Shown: piece after piece, positions 1-24,456 of the stretch
Numbering within the stretch: the stretch's first letter is position 1
How the letters are laid out: each line of letters opens with the position of its first letter
DNA from: Macrostomum lignano
Taxonomy: Eukaryota
Direction of reading: 5' to 3'
DNA: 24,456 nt
Assembly (NCBI GenBank): GCA_002269645.1
Contig: NIVC01003938.1
Span: 1-24,456 of the forward strand
Made by a program: the position numbers and the translations under genes
The notes under the pieces: model-generated
What the model saw: only the letters and a program-made list of their open reading frames with translations
Told to the model about the DNA's origin: nothing
Databases searched by the model: none

Positions 1-996
1 GCAAAGTTTGGTTCTCTTGGGCGTCTTGCCGAGGATTTGCTTTTTTGAAAGAGTCGAAAAACATGCTGTGAGCAGTGCCTGGAGTGGAACCAACATTAGG
101 AGCTGAAGTCAGTGGATATAGACTTTGCTTTTCGTCAACTACGAGCAATTCCACTGCTGGCTGACCTTCCGAGCCAGAGACCTGCTCGATCTCGTAAGAA
201 ACAAGATTTTGTGAAACTTGTTCTGTTGTTTCTGCTCGATCGTCTGAGTCTTGAACAAGAGTCACCGATGACTCACGTTGAAATGATACCCGTAGTCTCC
301 TTCCATAGTCTCTTGTGAAGTTTCAACTGTAGTTTTTTTCTGATCTTTGCCTGCTGAGAGACTCTCTGTCAGCAGGGCCAACAATAATATCCTCAGTATT
401 TTTGCTTTGGCTAAGCATGTCCGAGAGATAATCGGAGTTTCCACTAGTGATCTGTGTCTTCCGATGTTCACCCACGACGGTGACCTCGACTGGAGCGTCC
501 GTGAAATTCAGCTCTTCGCTTGATGTCTCAAAATTCTTTTGACGATCACGCACCGCAAATGTTTTATCGGCTTCAGCGTCAAACGGTTCGGTCGACTCGG
601 CTTGGTCAGAAAAGAATTCAGTGGAATCAAAGTCTTTGTTCGTAAGTTGAATCGAGCCACAAACTGGTACGGTTGGCCTCTGCTCAGCGCTTGTGGTTAA
701 AGTCAACTCGGAACTTAATTCTGATGTTTCGAGATTCTGATCAGCGCTAGAGAACGCACCAGCTTCTCCTAACTGGGAACCAGTCGCTTCAGACATGTCA
801 GTCGGGTGAGAAATCTGTCCAGCCTGTTCATCGACAAGGGTCAAATCGTCCGCATCGGCTGGAATAACCTCGCCACCCTGCTGATCCAGCTCGACCTCAT
901 CGTCAGATGAATAATTCTCGTTTCTCTTGGGCATCTCTGAGTGAGCCCTCTCACTTGTGACGCACACGATGGTCTCCTCTTCAACCGCAGCTGATT
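1..996 (-). CDS. Rab-effector large acidic exon 5 (contains in-frame TGA at 323-325; frame stays open to the window edge)
   Basis: Acceptor ccattccag in phase 1 matches exon 4. E/S/D/T-rich. The same frame has no stop in the 107 codons after the TGA. Confidence 0.55.
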
Positions 997-3164
997 CTGG
1001 AATGGATCGCAATAGGAATTCCAGGTAGTTAGTTACTGGTAGTTCAACGGAGCTCTTTTTAAAATTTTGGAGATCAAGCCACACGTACCTTATCAAGATG
1101 ATGGAACGCGTGTTTAAACGAAGCGCGCTCACTAAGCAACAACTTTATCAGTCCTGCTGATCAGTGTCAGGAAAGCCCGTCTTAACACGCAAGGTGAGGC
1201 GCACGCTCTATATAATTATGCAAACTTGAAAGCAAAAGCGATTGCAAAGAGCGATGGTTAAAATGTACTCGTAGTGAGTTTGTTTAAGTAGTTCAAAGTT
1301 TGTTTGTTAAAAAGCTGTTAATAAAGTTACATAATTAGATCGCATCTATGTGTAACTTTTTGTTAGACACCGCTTTCAGCTCAAGAACCAATTATTACTC
1401 ACCGTTTTTAGTATCGTTTGACGATGTGAGACTGGCCTCGCATTTGGCCTGGTGCTCCCAGAGTCTTTGCACAATATCTGTAAATAGGTTCGAAACAGCT
1501 GACTTGCTAATCACTGTGATTCGGTGCACAATAGACACTCAAAAACGAGTAAAATATTTGGTATAGCTCTTGAGTAGCATCTGAGTAGCTGGTTTTTGGC
1601 ATAAAAGAGAAGTTTTGATGAGTTCTAGTCTATGGTCAATGCTGTCTAAAAAAGAAGTCTCACCGGGCGAGCCTTCTAAGTGTCGCCGCATTCTCTCTTC
1701 GATGGACAGCTCCTGCTCTTCCTCAGCTTCGCTCTCAGCCTCATCAGCAGCGCCAGTCGCTTCTTCATCATCTTTTTCAACCTGTCGCGGCGGTGGGCTG
1801 TCAGCGAAGCGCCGAGTCGACACCTGATAGACCCGGTAGGTGGCCGCCGGCTGCTCCCACTGTCGAACTGGGGTGGGGGCTGGCGGGGTGGCAGCCATGC
1901 CGACGGAGACCGAACTCTCATCGCCTGCCGCCGCATCCTTGTCTGCGCCGGTCGAAGTGCCTGGAAAATAAAAGAAGAAAAAGAAGCTCAATTTCCTTAT
2001 TAAAGGTCAATGAGGCGAGATGATCGACTGGCATTCAAAAGCAGCTCCACATTTTTTAGTATTGCTTTCTCTTCAATACCAGCGGCCTTTTACTTGAGCG
2101 TCTTAAATGAAAAATAAAAAAATCGTACCGGACAGTTTAATTATCAGGCCGCTCAGAAGGTCGCCGCTGTCCGCTGTCCGGTCTTCAGCAGCAGCTGCTA
2201 CCGAGGACTCCGCCGCAATCATGACGCTCTTTAAGTTCATCCAGTTCCCAATTTTGCTTTCGTAAAGCCTGCAGCACGGAGGTAATGGGAAGAAAAGTGG
2301 AATAGCTTCGAGCCAGCAGTTTTTACAATAATTAAATCCCACGTGATGGATTATCAAATCCAAGAAATTTGCGCCTTCAGCTTCTGCTTTTTAATTGAGT
2401 AGCTGTAGGCACTCATTGACAGCTTTGACGAGATGCTCCATGCGTACGCCGTCAGTGCCGAGTCAGCCGAGAGACTAAGTCAAAGGAATTAATTATAAAG
2501 TAAAAAGGATCTAGAAAATCCGTTAAAGTACATTAAAAACTTTCGAAGAAAATGAAACGAGCAGGTAGCAACAGTTTACAATATAAGAAACTATTTCTCC
2601 AGAAGAGAACACCCTGAACTTCTTGTCCTAGAATCAGCAGCCCAATACTCCCAACCTCGTAGCCCGACGTCCCTAGCGCCGTGAATAGACTCACAGCTTT
2701 TGGTAACAGACGGAGCACAGGCACAGCTGACTGTCCCGGAAGAGGTGCGCGCAGGACTTGCAGACGGACAGCCGGCAGAGGAAGCAGTCGCAGGCGCCCC
2801 GAACCAGCAGTGCGAGGGCGGCATCGCAGCGCGGACACGACTGCGTCAGGGCAGCCAACGGTGACTGCGAAGCCGCGCAGCTGGACTCCAAGCGCTCCAG
2901 CTCCTGTTGCAGGCGTCTGCAGACGAAATCATAATTTTGTAACAAGCATAGCCTACATGCATCGAGTTTCAAGTCTTCAAACAGCGCACCAATCACCGTA
3001 ACAACCTCGACTCACCGTTTCCTGTCCGCTTCATGCTTCCGGATTTTCTCGTTTCGCTGAAGCACTTCGACCACGGTTTCCTTCTCCTGGTCGGTTAGGA
3101 AGTGAATTTTGACCAGAACGGACTCGGCGGAGCGTTGATCGCTCAGCTCTTTCTGGGCTGCCAT
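1..3164 (-). CDS. Rab-effector protein (Slp homology domain/RabBD + Cys8 zinc finger; synaptotagmin-like/MyRIP/rabphilin family), multi-exon, 3'-truncated by window edge; exons 3016-3164, 2695-2916, 2129-2268, 1664-1960, <1-996
   Basis: Manual splicing gives consistent phases (2,2,1,1) with GT-AG ends. The product is MAAQKELS..HFLTDQEKETVVEVLQRNEKIRKHEADRKRRLQQELE..CPRC..CFLC..CKSC..CSVC..KLLYESKIGNWM, matching the SHD helix, zinc finger and 'SGxW'-like motif. Confidence 0.8.
1664..1960 (-). CDS. Rab-effector exon 4 (acidic/low-complexity linker)
   Basis: Acceptor ttttattttccag, donor G|GTGAGA, 297 nt, phase 1 to 1. Confidence 0.65.
2129..2268 (-). CDS. Rab-effector exon 3 (SHD2 'KIGNWM')
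   Basis: Acceptor tgctgcag, donor G|GTACG, 140 nt, phase 2 to 1. Confidence 0.7.
2695..2916 (-). CDS. Rab-effector exon 2 (Cys8 FYVE-related zinc finger)
   Basis: Acceptor ctgcag, donor CT|GTGAG, 222 nt, phase 2 to 2. Four CxxC pairs. Confidence 0.85.
3016..3164 (-). CDS. Rab-effector exon 1 (SHD1/Rab-binding helix)
   Basis: ATG at 3162-3164. Encodes FLTDQEKETVVEVLQRNEKIRKHE. Donor CG|GTGAG. Missed by the ORF track. Confidence 0.8.
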
Positions 3165-5425
3165 TGTCGGCTGTTGCAAATTTGGACTTTTTCACTTTGT
3201 CGAGGAATTGATTTCGTAGCTGAGCATGGCTAATGAAAGCGAAAGTAGCTCGTGAATTAGAACTGAATTATTTCTGATTTACTTTACAATAGCTAAATAA
3301 AACAATATTCATATTATTTTCATACATATGACAGTATTGTTATCATTAGGAATTGCATCGATGTAATTTTTATGTAAATAGAAATATGAAATTCATTATT
3401 GACTTGGTTCAAAGAATTAATAGCCATGATTGAAAATTGTTCAAACTAATTTTACATGCGAGCTAAAATAATCATGGTCTTTATAGCTTTAGCCATATAA
3501 AATATTTTGGAGATAGTTAAGACATTTTCTTTAGTAAACTACAAGAGACAAAGATTGTGTTTTTTCATTTCGTTTTTAAAAATAATTTTGAGCCCTATAA
3601 CTAGTATTTTATTTTTAAACCTCAACTTTTTTGCCTGTTGAAAACATTAGATAAAAAGCGTTAAAAAATCCTAAAGAAATAAAACAGCAAAAATGCATTA
3701 TTAAATTATACGAGTAAAACACACAAGATACTATTCTCATAATTCTAGATATTTCTACTGTCAAAAGTTAGTCTTCCTTTTAAAGAGTAAACGAACGATC
3801 TTACATATGCGTGTATTGGAAAGTGGCCTATTTTATCTATACGAAGCTGAGAGTGCAAGATGCAATATAAAGTGAGTGCTCCTCAAACGTTAAATTTGCG
3901 CCATTCTTGTGTGAACTTATTTTGTAAAATTAAACAAATTATTTTTAAGCTAAACCGTAAAAATGTCGGTATATCATTTAAAACTGATAAAAAGTTATTT
4001 TCTTAGATAATTGTTTGTCGCAAATATTCATAGCATCTTTACGCATTGGAAAATTTTCAATGTCACTATGGAAACAGCAACAAATGACAACGTATAACTT
4101 CGTATCATAGCTTGTACGAGCGTAATAAATATTCAAGAAGTCGAGTTATTTTAGCGGTCTTGGCGGTTTGCGAGTGCATTAATATTTTGATTTAAAAAGT
4201 ACGATCGTCGATCGTAGCTAGTTTTTTAGTTGTCTTTGGAGGGTTTGTAATCAGAAAATGCCAGCGTAAATAGGCAACTTTTATCAACTTTATCTTTTTT
4301 AATTGCCAAAAACAACTGAAGTAAGACGTTTTTCGAGGCCTGTGATTACTTTACCTTGAACTCAACAGTAATATTTGCAAAGCTGGTACACAGCGACCCT
4401 ACTGCCACTAGTTTGTTTGTGGCAATAAACCCCATAAGCTGTATTTTTATGCATTTGCAATATAAACCAATAAAATTATCACAAAAGAAACCGATTTGAG
4501 CGTCTGCTTTGTTCCCTCCATCAATGCATCAATCTCCGATTCCAGAATTTTTTGGTAATAATGATTGAGACGCCTACGTGAACGCTTTTGTCCTTTTAGG
4601 AGCGCAATGCTTCATTTGATGCACTTTTGCTCACATTCAGCGCGACTCTGACTATCATTCAGGGTGCCGTCCGCACCAAATATTATAAGTGACATTCAAA
4701 ACCTTACAACTTATACACTGTGATTGTACCGGCAGGCAGTAAAAGTAAAAAGACAAATTTCATAACAAACGCTGCTTTTTAAGCGGAAAATAGCTGTGAA
4801 TAATTACGAACATTCAGTTTATATTTCTAAATTATTTAACGAAATGGATGTTTGAAAAAAATATTATAAAAATATTTTTCATCTATTACGAAAGCAGATG
4901 TTCTTTATTTCTGTTTAGACTTTGCTATTATTGGTACACAAACACTACAAATAAAACCTGCAGAACTGCAGAATTATATATCCAGAATTTAAAAGCAGAT
5001 TACTACGAGTGCAGTTTACATGTGGCACTAAGTGGATAGGAGTGCACTTTTATAATTAATTTAGATTGACACTTAGGCGAGTTTAATTTTTTTTTCTATA
5101 AATCTACTCAAGGCTGCATCATGTAGCTACTGTTCCAAAGAGTACGAGCTTAGCCATTTAAATATAACAAAAAGGGCGTAGTTATAATTTTTTCAGACGG
5201 GCACGAGAAAATGGAACCAAAATCACAAGATAGAAGGAACAACGTCGATGGACTACAAACAAAAGAGGGCAGGCAATTATGAGGCATGTTCCGCAAGTAC
5301 TTATTATTTTTCATGTTGAAAATGAACTAAACATACTATGGTAGCAAGTTTGATCTTGCTGGAGAGCGGTTTTTCTTTTTTTAAAATGTCGAAAGGTCAC
5401 CCACTTGTTATCATAGGATGTACAG

Positions 5426-5431
5426 TTTATT
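5426..5431 (-). promoter_or_regulatory. Candidate polyadenylation signal of the PKD1-like gene
   Basis: AATAAA on the minus strand ~115 nt after the TGA stop at 5545-5547. Confidence 0.4.
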
Positions 5432-5544
5432 GTCAGCATGCAAAAGTATAAGTACTTATGGAACAATCCTCGTAGAAAAATTGTTGTTTTTAATTAGGGT
5501 TTTATCTTCACGAAGAAGTTTGCAGTTTGCTTAAAATTGAATCA

Positions 5545-23645
<18,101 letters not shown>

Positions 23646-23759
23646 TGCTGCCGCCAGAGGTGAAGAGGACTGCACAAAATGCGAAACACTGGGCAAAATG
23701 ACTGAACTACGTATTAAATGCACGAAGCCAGACAGCAGTAACGTCAGTTCACGGTCTTG

Positions 23760-24456
23760 GCATCGCACACCAGCCATCAGAGAGCAGACTTCAGTCATGG
23801 TCTGTGGCATCGCACACCAGCCATCAGAGAGCAGACTCAGTCACTGTCTGTGGCATCGCACACCAGCCATCAGAGAGCAGACTCAGTCACTGTCTGTGGC
23901 ATCGCACACCAGCCTCAGAGAGCAGACTCAGTCACGGTCTGTGGCATCGCCACACCAGCCATCAGAGAGCAGACTCAGTCACTGTCTGTGCATCGCACAC
24001 CAGCCATCAGAGAGGCAGACTCAGTCACTTGTCTGTGGCATCGCACACCAGCATCAGAGAGCAGACTCAGTCACTGTCTGTGGCATCGCACACCAGCCAT
24101 CAGAGAGCAGACTCAGTCATGTCTGTGGCATCGCACACCAGCCATCAGAGAGCAGACTCAGTCACGGTCTGTGGCATCGCACACAGCCATCAGAGAGCAG
24201 ACTCAGTCACATCACGCCATCGTGTGCATCGCCACACAGCCATCAGAGAGCAGGACTCAGTCACGGTCTGTGGCATCGCACACCAGCCATCAGAGAGCAG
24301 ACTCCAGTACGGTCTGTGGCATCGCACACCAGCCATTCAGAGAGCAGACCAGTCCGGTCTGTGGCATCGCACACCAGCCATCAGAGAGCAGACTCAGTCA
24401 CGGTCTGTGGCATCGCACACCAGCCATCAGAGAGCAGACTCAGTCACGGTCTGTGG
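23760..24456. repeat. 46-bp tandem array (gcatcgcacaccagccatcagagagcagactcagtcactgtctgtg), ~15 copies, runs off the window
   Basis: Period 46 (23807 to 23853). Many private 1-nt indels between units. Confidence 0.95.

Noticed and set aside
3240-5400. AT-rich intergenic region and 63-aa ORF 4848-5039
   Set aside because: No coding signature, RNA gene fold, terminal repeats or TE motif recognisable by eye.

Overview
Eukaryotic (invertebrate animal) genomic DNA with two spliced genes, both on the minus strand. (1) 5545-23645: a ~21-exon, ~3,600-aa polycystin-1 (PKD1)-type gene. I reconstructed it by hand from splice sites and reading phases: signal peptide, WSC, PKD repeats, the PKD1-type 'LQVYR/Cys-rich/LPGD' module, more PKD repeats, REJ, GAIN/GPS, TM1, PLAT/LH2, the polycystin channel TM region and a C-terminal coiled coil. 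As written, the frame is broken by several apparent 1-nt indels, one in-frame TAG in REJ and one TGA in WSC, so it is either an error-prone long-read consensus or a recently disabled copy. (2) <1-3164: the 5' part of a Rab-effector gene (Slp-homology/RabBD plus Cys8 zinc finger, then a long acidic region) running off the left edge. Six PKD1 introns each carry a tandem repeat (35, 4, 26-27, 22, 19, 4 and 20-21 bp units across seven arrays counting both 4-mers), and a 46-bp array sits upstream. The repeat load and indel pattern would fit a flatworm such as Macrostomum, but that is only an inference. I found no prokaryotic features, CRISPR arrays, RNA genes or recognisable mobile elements, and no clearly novel biological system. 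The most interesting points are the premature stops, a GC-AG intron, an intron that is almost pure (ACAG)n up to the acceptor, and possible trans-splice acceptors.
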